Assembly (NCBI GenBank): GCA_964016885.1
Contig: OZ024745.1
Span: 108,934,001 to 108,998,000 of the forward strand
Origin: Eledone cirrhosa
Taxonomy: Eukaryota
DNA: 64,000 nucleotides
Reading direction: 5' to 3'
Shown: positions 27,837 to 44,449 of the stretch, piece after piece
Layout of the letters: each line of letters starts with the position of its first letter
How positions within the stretch are numbered: the first letter of the stretch is position 1
Notes under the pieces: generated by a model
What the model was told of the DNA's origin: nothing
The model's input: only the letters and a program-made list of their open reading frames with translations
The model's database searches: none
Program-made: the position numbers and the translations under genes

Positions 27837-29970
27837 CCCTCACCAGGCACAACACAAACACAGCCAATTTCAAGAGAGAGAGAGGGGGGGGGAGAGGGAG
27901 AGAGAGAGAGAGAGAGAATATATAGGTGAAGAATCGACCTCCAGCATTGGAGTGCATTTTTTTTATCAACCTCGAAAGGAAGAAAAACAAAGTTGATTTC
28001 GACTCAGAGTACAGAGGGCTGAAACAAATATATATTCGAGGCCGAAACGAATCATATCTTTTAACTAAACATCGCTATTATTTTATTGGTTTTAATCATG
28101 GAAACGTAACATGGCAGAATTATATAAAAAAAAAAAATGATTTCGTATCTTGAACAAGTACCATTTACCATAGTCTCGGCTCAACCTAAGTCTTTTGAGT
28201 AGACGGAAAGTGGGTAGATGGAAACCTTTTGCAGGCCGAGCTGATTGACTGAACAGATAATTCAAAGGACCAATGCACCACACAGGATCTCCACGAGAAT
28301 TACGTGAAGGAGATATATCTTTATAAAATGCTCAACCATTAATTTTAGGAGCGGACTGATTCGTTTACCAAACAACTGGAACACTCATCGTCGAGTTTGA
28401 CGAAGGTCCGTTTCACTTAGTTATTAGACTGTGGCCATGCTGGGGCTCCAATTGTGTGGTTAAAGATTTCAGGAAGATCTATCTATATGATACCTCAGCT
28501 TGAAAATGTATTTTTTTAAAAATCTCTTTACCTTAACATTAAAAAAATGATATAAAAAATACTTAATGAATACTTTTTTTTTAAATGTCTTTCTTTTTTT
28601 TTTTTGTTGCTATTTTCCTCTTCCAGAATTCTCGAGAAAGCTTCCTATTGTTTTATAGTCACGATGGTATTTCCTGTTAACAGGGCCAATTTTCTTTTTT
28701 TAAGGTGTGGTGATTTTATGTTTTTATGTTTACTTAATCTTCATTACCTGCAATAATAACGCAAATGTAAGATGATTTCACTTTACCCCACCCCTTACAC
28801 CTATATTCTATTTATTTCAAATAAGAACCGTTTAAATGACAACTATTTCACTTAATTTCTCTATTATATATTTTTTTCTGGGGCTTTTCAATTCTAAATA
28901 AAAAAAAGACGATTTTAAAAACTTAATTTTTCTTCACCGTTTTATCTAAATTTTACCCCTTTTTAAATCTAAAATAATTAAAAAAATATTTAAATAATTT
29001 TATAAATGTTTTTCTTCAATTTTCTCATTTTTTTTGTTATATATTTTTACACTTTTTCATTCTTTTACCTGCATTATATTTATTTATTTAGTTATTCAAT
29101 ATTTTTTGTTTTTATTTCAAATGCTTTGTCATATTTGCATAAAAAATTCTCAATAAAGGTCAAATTCCCCCCTCTTACCCCCACCCATGCCATCAGCACC
29201 ATCATCACAACCAGCACGACCATCACCTCCTCCACCACCACCACCTTTGCAGGCTGCCACTCAAATAAAAATAAAAAATAAAAATTCAACAGAGACCTTT
29301 ATGCCTACCGGAAGTGTGGTAGTAAATAACAGCAGGAGCAGCAACTATTTTATGCGTGGAGGGGTGTGGTGTGGTGTGGTGTGGTTATTTCTGTAGGTGT
29401 GTAGGTGCGTGCATGTATTAGTGTTTACATATGTGTGTGTGTGTATTAGTGTTTGCATATGTGTGTGTGTGTGTATATTAATATGACTGTGTTTTTAGAA
29501 GTGTATATTACATGGTTATAAATATGTGGGAGTTGGTGTGTATATGGGTGTATGTGCGAGTGTATGTATGTGTGGTTAATGAGTGTATGTGCGAGTGTAT
29601 ATATGTGTGTTAATGAGTGTGCATGTGACTACGCATATGTATGTTTGTGAGTGTGTATATGTGTTTAATGCGAGTGTGTGTGTGTTTAATGCCAAGGTGT
29701 GTGTATATGTGTTTAATGTTAGTTTGTGAGTCTTTGTATGTGTTTAATGTGAGTGAGTAAGTGTGAGTGAGTGAGTGTGCGTGAGTGTGGGAGTGAGTAG
29801 GTAAGCTGGACATATGGTCAAGGTCAAGCTGTCTGCTCATGTAACAATGAATTAAACCTACTATAAAACTTTTATCGTGATTCTAGAGAGAATCTCATTA
29901 TCACTAGGTATCCACCATTCTTATCATGTTGAATGCCAGGGACCATCATCTCAGTCTTTGTTATGCTCGC

Positions 29971-30445
29971 TGTATTGTGTATGTATGGACCATAACTCCT
30001 GATGGAAATTGTAGGGGTGCCGTAGTGACATACGCCGTGTACTGTGCACTTTAAACCTGACTTGGCCCATCCTCTCTCCAAGTTTGAACACAGCCGAGGT
30101 CCTGTACACTTTCAACCTGACTTGGCCCATCCACTCTCCACGTTTGAACACAGTCGAGTTTTTCCAAAGGTATTGTGTATGTATGGACGATAACTCCTGA
30201 TGGAAATTGTAGGGGTGCCGTAGTGACATACACCGTGTCCTGAGCACTTTAAACCTGACTTGGCCCATCCTCTCTCCACGTTTGAACACAGACGAGTTTT
30301 TCCAAAGGTATTGTGTATGTATGGACCATAACTCCTGATGGAAATTGTAGGGGTGCCGTAGTGACATACGCCGTGTACTGGGCACTTTAAACCTGACTTG
30401 GCTCATCCCTAATCCAAGTCTGAACACAGCCGAGGTTTTCCAAAA
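29971..30445. repeat. 138-bp tandem repeat, 3 units plus a 60-bp partial duplication
   Basis: gtattgtgtatgtatggaccataactcctgatgg... recurs at about 29971, 30169 and 30307; 46-aa period in the minus ORF. Confidence 0.9.
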
Positions 30446-30948
30446 GAGTGATAGAGAGGAGGTGAGAAAGTGCTATAGAGAAACTGGTACTCTTTTATCG
30501 CCCCCGGATGGGTGAAAGGTAAAGTTGACCTCGATGGGAATATATTTGCTATAACATGTTGTGTTCTAGCAAAAATATTCATACTAAGGTTGTAGCAATA
30601 AGCATATAAACCAATTTGAATGACCTTCACTGATCTCCATCATCATATATCTCCAAAATGAGAACAACAATGGCTGAAGGTAAACCATAATCTTTCAGCA
30701 TCGCTTTGCATATTACGAATATTTGGTTTCTAGCCAATGATTTCTAGGACTATGTTGATCTGAAGAGAGATATGTTCAAAGACGTATGGCAGAAATTCTA
30801 ACACTGGTTGAACATCTTAATATTAGTTCCGTCATTTATATTATTTTTCGAATTTCTTATATAATTTTGTTAAAAGAAAAGCTAAGAATCCTAAAGAAAT
30901 TTGTATATATTAAACTGAATCTGTCACCCAATATACAGTATTCAACGA

Positions 30949-30983
<35 letters not shown>

Positions 30984-31152
30984 GCGTACATACATACACA
31001 CACACGCATGTTTATGTACTATATATGTTTGTGTGTGTATTTATGTTTTATGCAACATTAAATAGAAACATAACTGAGCTAGAGATATTATTTGGCTTGT
31101 CATAAGTTTACCTATCATCAACAGTATCTTCAGTAATAGGAACAACAACAAC

Positions 31153-31207
<55 letters not shown>

Positions 31208-31354
31208 AAACAAGAAAGGTAACCTTCGATGTACACACTGTTACGTAATCAGATGAAATAGTTGATCCTAATATTAAACTAAAAAAACACTTAGCTAAAA
31301 GCAAAGAAATTTGACACAGAAACGTTAAATATATTTTGCCATATATGACGTAAC

Positions 31355-35462
<4,108 letters not shown>

Positions 35463-36324
35463 GTAATGACAAAATAATGTAAGAAATACAAAGAAAAAAA
35501 TATCTGGACACTCGTAATTTTCATTTATCTCTCTTGACAGGTCGAGCTCGTAGCATTAGGGACCTCTGTTGTCCTAGGCCTTGGGCCACTCCCTACTCAC
35601 CATCATAGGCAGGCCCTGAGCTGGCTGACCGCAGGTGTGAGCCTCGCGAGCTGGAATGTTTTCTTCTAGAGCGCCTCCCTCACTATCCTTCGAGAAAACG
35701 CTTTTTTTATTCTTTCCGCCCGGGCTACGGGGTGGCCCGCGTGTGGACCCCCATTTGCTGATAGATAATAGTGAGAGATGGGGACAGCGGGAGAGACGGA
35801 GGTAGTGACAGTGGGAGTTTGGTTCCATTATGTTCGAACCTGGGGCATATGTATATATTTATTTACCCCCACCACATTAATACTTATAGCTGTTAATTTC
35901 CCACTAAGCCATCCATTTGTCCATATTTATATTGGTGGTTAGAATGGTGTTTTTATTGGAGCAATTGCTTTTACAGACGGATCCCTTTCCTGCCAATAAC
36001 CATTCAACCATGAAGTAGTGTCTGGATATTTCTTTCTTTCTTTTTTTTCATTTTGTCATTCAAGAAAACAGAAGCAAGCAGACTTATGTACCTTGCAGGG
36101 GGTGGAGTGGAGGTGAAGAAGGTGGCAGCAGAAGGGTGGCAGTAAGATATATAATCTTTTGAACATAGCCCTATGTAGTAGATAGGCCAATATCTTAGGT
36201 TCATTCATAGTTATTGTATATTTTTACAATTGAAGATACGTGTGTACCTGTTCTTATACATAAATAAGAAAAGTCAGCAATGAAAAAACACGAGAGAACA
36301 ATACAGTCATTATATATATATATA

Positions 36325-37442
36325 CTACCAGCAGGACCCGGCGTTGCACGGGGTAGGAAACGTGAAATAGCAACACGCATATGCAAAGGTTGATGTATGT
36401 AGCTGTGTAATTTTTGAATTCCCTTATTCTCAGGGAATGATTGTTCATCTACTGGAAACGTAGAACACCAGCAGGTCGAATCCAGTAGTAGCGGTGTCAG
36501 CTGGCTGATTGCGGAAATCCTGTATGGGAAAGGAGTAAGTGTGGTGGGACGATGTATGTCGTAAGTCTGTTCACAAATTATGTCACGGATGGGGAACACA
36601 CGTCAGTCTGAAAGAGCGACGTAGTCAATTGTGTGAAAACCAAGTAGGGATGTACGTTTAAGTAGGGATATTGAGATGACGAAACCAGCGTGGCAACGCA
36701 GCTGCAGCAGAAGGGGGTCATAGTGCAATTAGCACAAACGCTGGGCGGCACTGGTTGCACTGCGTTTACACAACAACAAATGTGCGATAAAAGGGGTCAC
36801 CGCGGAATTAACACAACCGCTGTTCGGCGTACTTGCGCAGGGCGTTCGTACTGCGGTGTTGGTGCAACAAAAGGGGTCTTAGTAGAAGTAGCACAGACTT
36901 GAGTTTTACGGTGTCAATAACACGTCAACGTACACAGGGTCCAGATTCGCACGTGATGGAAGCACGAAGCGATAACAGGGTACCGACAAAAATTTTAAGG
37001 TCCTCCTCATTTCCTCAATCCCCTGAAAATGGTCCTGCTTAAAAGTAAGTGTTGTGTCCTCTTTTAAATAAACCACATTTTTAACGAAATATTATACGCT
37101 ACTTACGATGTTTATGTAGCATTTATATTGAAAATGAAAATGGCATGCAATGCCCAATGCTAATTCGTAAATTTCCTAGAAAACATTAATGGAATCGGAA
37201 ATTTGTTTTTTGTCCGCAGCAATGCGAGGGGACTAACTAATATGTGCTGCAAATTTCGAGACCTCAAAAAGCCTAAAAAATGCATTTAAAATGCGGTTTT
37301 TTGCCTAGGGCAGAAAAAGTTAAACTTCTTTTAGCCCATTGCATTTCAAGAAATATAAGTAACGAATGTGTAAAGTTTGAAAAAAATCGGTCCGGTACTT
37401 CTCGAGTTTTAGGGATTTACACAGACAGACAGACATCATATG

Positions 37443-37477
<35 letters not shown>
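36325..37477 (-). mobile_element. Non-autonomous Helitron
   Basis: Minus 3' end cccgtgcaacgccggg hairpin then gtag|t (CTAG variant); (TCTG)n near the 5' end, which lies in a TA tract. Confidence 0.7.
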
Positions 37478-37479
<2 letters not shown>

Positions 37480-37480
<1 letters not shown>

Positions 37481-38257
37481 GTTTGGAGCTAGAAGGCCAG
37501 AACAATGCAGGTATGGATATAGAATATAAATACAAATGCAAAAGATATTGCTGACAATTAGTCTTTTACTTTAAATTTATTTGAATATCCTTAATTTTTG
37601 AGATAATATCTCTTTTTCGGAGGGAACTAAAGGGGTTAATCCAGTGTTCTAATTAGCTTGCCAAGTAATTCTGACAGGAAATAGTATAGAAATTCCATTC
37701 TATTTCTAATGTCAAAGAGTGAAGGTTAGGTGGATAAAGGGTTGTCTCCCTTTAAAAGGGTTTGGACATGTATGTCTAAGTGTGTGTGGGAGAATACGTG
37801 AAGGTGTAAGCATACGTGTGTGTGTTTGTGAGTGTGAGAGGATATGTTTATATGTAAATGTGGGGGCTAGATGCTCTATCATGTTAAAACTGGTCTATGT
37901 ATGTGTGTGTGTGTGAGAGAATAAGTGAAGGTGTAAGCGTGCGTGTGTGTGTGTGAGATGGTGCGTGGAGGTGTAAGTGTGAGGCTACGTGTTCTATGAT
38001 ACTATTGATTGGTGGTTGTGTTTTGTCTATAATCAGTGCTTCTTTAATTCTAAGATTGCTGAGGTTTCTTTCCTTAGCTTCTATCATAACTATTATGTTT
38101 TTATCGGTGTATTTGCATTTCACTAGGTGTTTCTTAAATGAGGAAGCGTTAGTGTTGAGGTGTTCTTTTATTCTAATGTGAAGTTGTCTGATGGTGCTAA
38201 CTATGTAGAAATTGCTGCAATTGTCGCACTCTTATCTATATACGACGTAAGCCTGGT

Positions 38258-38260
<3 letters not shown>
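37480..38260 (-). mobile_element. Penelope-like 3' fragment (GIY-YIG C-terminus plus terminal region)
   Basis: IEAKERNLSNLRIKEALIIDKTQPPIN matches the E-A-L-x-I...P-x-I-N end of PLE endonucleases; TA-flanked. Confidence 0.6.
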
Positions 38261-38289
<29 letters not shown>

Positions 38290-38312
<23 letters not shown>

Positions 38313-39297
38313 ACTAGAAATAGATTGATATATATATATATAAAATAAACATATGAAACAATCACAGGGAATAATTTGTAAAGAATGTAAGCACACATAG
38401 CTAGGTAGGTAACTAATTAAAGTTTAACTAGAACTTCAAATATAGATACCTTTTAAAATGATTAATCTCCTTTGTATGTATTTCTTTAAGTAAGAAATAT
38501 ATTTCACCAATTAATCCGTAAATCATAGTAGTCAAATTTTCGGATGGTCACCAAAGGAGAAGAAGATAACTATCTGCGTTTACAAAGCAAATGCAAATCT
38601 GTGAATGACTCGAACCACGTGTTGCATTAAAAAAAAAATACACACATTGCACAACGTCATCCCAGTGGCGTGAATAGGACCATCGACAGCCAGAAATTTC
38701 TGGCTATTTGCATTTGCTTTGTAAACGCAGATAGTTATCTTAGCCATTTTTGAATTCATTTCTGGCGGGGATCACGGTAGAAACTTTAGTCCAGACATCT
38801 CCAGACATCTCTTGATGAGTTCCAAGCCTCGTGGATAGATCCAAGATCGGGTATATCCACAGAAAAAGAACGAAACTTCCGGTAGTCGTGACTAGAGGAA
38901 TTTTGGTAAAGTTTATATGCATTTTTTCTTCAAACATCTATTTTAGACCTAACTCCGTGTAGTTGATTATTTGTCTAGACAATTTCCACGGGCTAAAAGA
39001 AATGACTAGGTAAATTTTATCTGGCTATCCCTCGTGGAAGATAGTCTGTATCATTTGTCTATTATTTCTTCATAGTTACATTTTAAACTTATAGCCTCGT
39101 TTAAATGATTATTTATGTGGTTGATTTCTACGGACTAGGGAGAGGAAATACTGGATATATTTTATCTAATAATTCTTCAAACTTGCAATTTTTTATATAT
39201 AGCTCTGATTAACGATTATTTGCTTAATTAATTCTTCATTGAGCCACACCGTGAAAGGTAACCAAACTCATATATTTATCTGTGGCTATGTCTAATT
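38290..39297 (+). mobile_element. Diverged relative of the 6-7 kb HHR element, with internal inversion
   Basis: Colinear shared blocks tcttagccatttttgaat, tatattttatctaataattct, ttaattcttcattgagccac; 36-bp inverted repeat at about 38563-38599 / 38707-38741; TA-flanked. Confidence 0.7.
38807..38892 (+). ncRNA. Degenerate type I hammerhead motif
   Basis: atctc TTGATGA gttc[gtggata...tatccac]gaac GAAA cttccggtag TC gtgac. Confidence 0.6.
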
Positions 39298-39326
39298 ATA
39301 TATATATATATATATCCTTTTGAATT

Positions 39327-39406
<80 letters not shown>

Positions 39407-39880
39407 AGCATTGTGGCAATCCATTTCTAAAACGAAAATGCCTGAGCAAACACTCACAGAGTAAAGTAAAGTAAAGAGACATCGAAGTAACAAAACGCCT
39501 GGACAAAACACTCACATTGACATACATATACAAGATACTAATAACAACACATAACATTAATACAATCCTCCACTAACACGAATACCAACTCTAACATTGC
39601 ACCTTTTTAAGTAAACCTGCTCTCCCAACACACACACACACACATACACAAACACACGCACAAACACACACACATACACACACACACACAAACACACACA
39701 CATACACACATACGCACACACATACACACACACGCACAAACACACACACATACACACACGCACATACACATACGCACACACACGCACACGCACACTTACA
39801 CACTTACACATACACACACACACTTACACACACACACGCGCGCGCACACACACATATATACACACACGCACACACACAGT

Positions 39881-39914
<34 letters not shown>

Positions 39915-40189
39915 CACACACAGACACACACACACATGGTGTCTTCTGGCTATCATCAACATTTACTTTATCAAGGCTTACTTTGATAAACTGCAGCAGG
40001 ACATGTGTGGTGGTATGTATACTTGTGCAATGTGTGTATGTTACATGTGACCTAATGTGTGTATGTATGTGTGTGTATGTATGTGTGTGTATGTGTGTGT
40101 ATGTGTGTGTGTGTATGTGTGTGTGTGTGTGTGATGTCATGATGCAAAGTAAACTCAATTGTTTAACAGTTCTGGGTGGGGAAGATGGT

Positions 40190-40600
40190 AGAGGTAGAGG
40201 TGGTGGTGGTGCTGCTGGTGGTGGTGGTGGTGGTACTGGTGGAGGTGGTGGTGGTACTGGTGGAGGTGGTGGTGGTACTGGTGGTGCTGGTGGTGGTGGT
40301 GGTACTGGTGGTGGTGGTGGTAGTGCTGGTGATGGTGGTGGTGGTACTGGTGGTGGTGGTGGTAGTGCTGGTGGTGGTGGTGGTGGTGGTAGTGGTGGTG
40401 GTTACTGGTGGTGGTGGTGGTGGTTACTGGTGGTGGTGGTACTGGTGGTGGTGGTGGTGGTTACTGGTGGTGGTGGTACTGGTGGTGGTGGTACTGGTGG
40501 TGCTGATGGTGGTGGTACTGGTGGTGGTGGTGGTGGTGGTGGTGGTGGTGGTAGTGGTGGTGCTGGTGGTGGTGGTGGTGGTGGTGGTGGTAGTGGTGGG
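40190..40600. repeat. Degenerate (GGT)n tract
   Basis: Directly visible; gives poly-Gly and poly-Val ORFs in different frames. Confidence 0.9.
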
Positions 40601-40740
40601 GCTGCTATTGGAGATACAGAGGGAGAAGATCGACACAAAGAAACAACAGCAACAAAATAAATAAATAATAATAATAATTTGCCTGAGGGGTAGCACGGGT
40701 AAAAAACAAATAAAATCAAATATTTCTGGTTATACACGCA

Positions 40741-40804
<64 letters not shown>

Positions 40805-40844
40805 TCTCTCTCACTCTCTCTCTCTCTTTCTTTCCCTCTCTCTC

Positions 40845-40894
<50 letters not shown>

Positions 40895-41006
40895 CTATAT
40901 AAGTGTGTGTGTGTGTGTGTGTGTGTAAGATGGCGTTTGTAGATGTGATTGTCAGGGGATCGTTGGTCTTTTCAAACATTATATGCATGCAGAGACTCAC
41001 ACACTC

Positions 41007-41085
<79 letters not shown>

Positions 41086-41390
41086 CGGGGGAGGAGGTAC
41101 ATGTACATACCGAGGAGGATTCGGGACCCACCGTCGCCATATTTTTCCCAATAAAAATCATGGCCATACAACGTCATATAGATTAGCATTATTGGTACAA
41201 TCATCCTTGGTCCCCGACCCTCAACAATGCGGATGGGAAGAGACCAGACCAGTTATACATAGATATATGATGACTGCATTGCGTAATCTTGAATGCCACA
41301 GAAATATGTATTACGACCTGATTCTGAATAAATTGAGTAATGAATTTCTACACCTGGTTTTAGCAATTATCATTATCGTGTATACATATA

Positions 41391-41640
41391 TCACCACCAC
41401 TCGTCGACTACTGTCGAGATGATGGATCTCACTCTCATGCCCCAGAATCCCCTGTCCCCCATCGCTGCCCCCAGTTCCTGTCTGCTGATTCCCGTATCCC
41501 TAGAGATAACGTCAGGGAATGACAGATTCCTACTCCTAGTCAGGCTGGAGTCAGGGTTCCAGAGCAAAAGAGCGGATATGATTTCATTGCTGGCACGGTG
41601 ACAGTGGCCAGCAAATTGAGCTCTCCGGGATTTATACATA
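41391..41640 (-). mobile_element. RTE-clade LINE 3' fragment
   Basis: SRRAQFAGHCHRASNEIISALLLW...FPDVISRDTG...AMGDRGFW. Confidence 0.8.
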
Positions 41641-41851
41641 TATACATGATGGCTGCAACTCGATTTCGAATAATGTCATCGCTTGATACTTCAGTATGAG
41701 CATCACGAACTTGCCTATGGCCAGCAATACCATGTATCGCAAAAAATGTCACATATTAAGTGATGCCTGTGCTTGAAGCTTTTTTAAAGTGAGGAAAGGC
41801 TTTGCACGGGGCCAATCCCTAAAGTACAAACAATTATTAAGAATATTAAAA

Positions 41852-42036
41852 GGCGGTGAATTGGCAGTATCGGTAGAGTGTTGGACGCCATGCTTTCTAG
41901 CATAGTTACGTCCCTTTCCGATCTGAGTTCAAATCCCGCCAAGGTTAACTTTGCCTTTCATCCTTACGAGGTCGATAAAATAAAGTACCAATAATGTACT
42001 GGATAATTGCTGGCCTTGTGCCTAAAGTAGAAACCA
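41852..42036 (+). mobile_element. Full-length SINE with 14-bp TSD
   Basis: ttattaagaatatt at 41834-41847 and 42037-42050. Confidence 0.9.
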
Positions 42037-42679
42037 TTATTAAGAATATTCATCGTTTTTTTTAAAACAGTGCGATATGATTTGATGCGGGGTTAGCTGC
42101 TCTGCTTTGAGGTTGTAACTTATATGAGGTTTCTTGGGAGCCTTAATAAAAAAAACAACGTGAAACGGATCGTCTTGCCCAAGAATGTAATGCGCCGTCC
42201 GGTACAAGCATCGAGGCCACGACTCTATTATCCTTGTCCAGCATTCTAACCACTAGACAACACATCTTTACTAACCAATTGACATTGCTTTCCTCGAAGA
42301 TATCGTGAAAATTAATGGATTTGCCAAATCAAAATACATACACGTGTTTAAAATATAGTATTATAATTTTGCTGCAAGGTTCTATGTTTAAAACACATAT
42401 TGTATGTATTGAGGGATGGCAGAATCGGCAGAGCGTTAGGTAAAATACATTGGTGTTATTTGGTTAATAAACTTCCCATTCTGAGTTCAAATGTTTCTTG
42501 TTCTAGGTCGATATGGTATTTTAACTTGCCGTGGTCGTGTTATAAATGGTTTAATTTCACTTTTGATGAATATATAGATCTTCTTAAATTTGTTTTACTC
42601 TGTTAAATATTCTCATTCCGTTCCTTAGTTAAGAATCTCTGAAGTGTAACAGTTGAATACATACCATGACAAGCGGATA

Positions 42680-42719
<40 letters not shown>

Positions 42720-42722
<3 letters not shown>

Positions 42723-42883
42723 CAAGATGTATGGTAGGTCGTATGTGAATCGCGATGATCACGCCTGACCTACCAAATATGTGACGCTAGCTAGTTAAGC
42801 TCTATGCGTATAAGCAGAGCAGAAATATTAATGAAAAAGAACAAAGGAACTATTATGACATTATAACCCTTTGTTCTTTTTCA

Positions 42884-42922
<39 letters not shown>

Positions 42923-43104
42923 ATAATAATAAATTTGAAGACTAAAATCCAAAGAGGTCTCGATAAGGATAAATATATATCAAATATATAAGAACCCTAG
43001 AGGAAATATTTATTAAAATAACAGATTAAAGTTTAAGCAAAGAATCACTGCTTTCACCCTTAATGGGATCTTAAGCGATTCTTTGCTTAAACTTTAATCT
43101 GTTA

Positions 43105-43111
<7 letters not shown>
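42720..43111. mobile_element. Two adjacent short foldback elements in TA tracts
   Basis: Inverted arms at about 42825-42847 / 42867-42890 and 43011-43046 / 43077-43111. Confidence 0.55.
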
Positions 43112-43170
<59 letters not shown>

Positions 43171-43636
43171 TATATAAGGCGCAAACATAACTGCATGTTA
43201 AAGGAGTTTGTTTTGCAGCTCCTGCTTTCAGATTCAGTTCAAGTACGTGAGAACTTGGGCAAGTGTCTTCTATTACAAACTGATGTTTACAAATGATTTG
43301 TGAGTTAAATGTGATAGTCGGCAACTGTGCAGAAGTCCATCGTGCATGTATGTGTATCAGTGTCTCCCATGTCTATGCTAACGTTGTTCGTCCTGTAACG
43401 TAACCTTTGCATAGGAGATAAAATAGCTAAAGGATGTGAAATAACGTACTAGGGATGATACGATTGACTAAATCTCTTCAGTGCGGGCTACAGCATGGTC
43501 TCAGTCTAATGGCTGAAACCTATAAAAGAATAAAGGAATACATACATACACACATGAAAATATGTTTGCGCGCACGTGTGTGTGTGTGTATGTATGTATG
43601 TATGTATGCATGTATGTATGTATGTATGTATGTATG

Positions 43637-43871
43637 GGATAACTCCGATATAAAACCTGCGGCTCAGTAGTTACCGATGATATTGATATTTTCTTCTTTT
43701 CGGGTTATAGCTACTGTCCCTCAGAGAGTGGAATTGGCTCAGTGCACAGTCTTTCCTCACTTTAAAAATAATCTCCACACACAGGCATTGCACGATGGCA
43801 TTAGTTAATAATTATTAATAATGCTATATCGTACAATGGCCATACTCCATAACGAGGAGGCAGCCATCATT

Positions 43872-43905
<34 letters not shown>

Positions 43906-44408
43906 TGTATATATGTATGTATGTATGTCGGGTCACTCTTGAGTGCTACTGGTAACATATAACTCAGTACAACCTGTCGCATGGTCGGGTCGTCGGCGAC
44001 TAAACCGGCAACCCCACCAAGTTTACTTGGTGAAGAGGGTGATTTTGGACACCCTGCAGGACAAAAGACAAAACCTGACAAAGGGCGGAAGAACTCATAA
44101 GAGTCAACGGCCATCCGAAAGTGTGTAAAAATGTATTTACATATGTACCAAGGAGAAGGCAACTCAGGAAACTGCGATAACTCCGATATAAAACCTGCGG
44201 CTCAGTAGTTACTGATGATGTTGATCTTTTCTTCTTTTGGGGTTATAGCTACTGTCGCTCAGAGAGTGGGATTGGCTCAGTGCACAGTCTTTCCTCACTT
44301 TAAAAAATATCTTCAGGCACTGGCATTGCACGTTAGAATTAATTAATAATTATTAATAATGGTATATCGTGCAATGGCCATACTCGATAACGAGGAGGCA
44401 GCCATCAT
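43637..44408 (+). mobile_element. Tandem pair of a non-coding retroelement: 5'-truncated copy 43637-43870 and ~480-bp copy 43926-44408, each followed by (TGTA)n
   Basis: 43637-43870 is repeated at 44177-44408; common 3' end cgaggaggcagccatca. Confidence 0.75.
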
Positions 44409-44449
44409 GTATATATGTATGTATGTATGTATGTATCTATCTAATTATA

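Noticed and set aside
39983-40664. 225-aa glycine-rich ORF
   Set aside because: (TG)n plus (GGT)n repeats with a mid-tract frame slip to poly-Trp/Val; no splice or codon evidence
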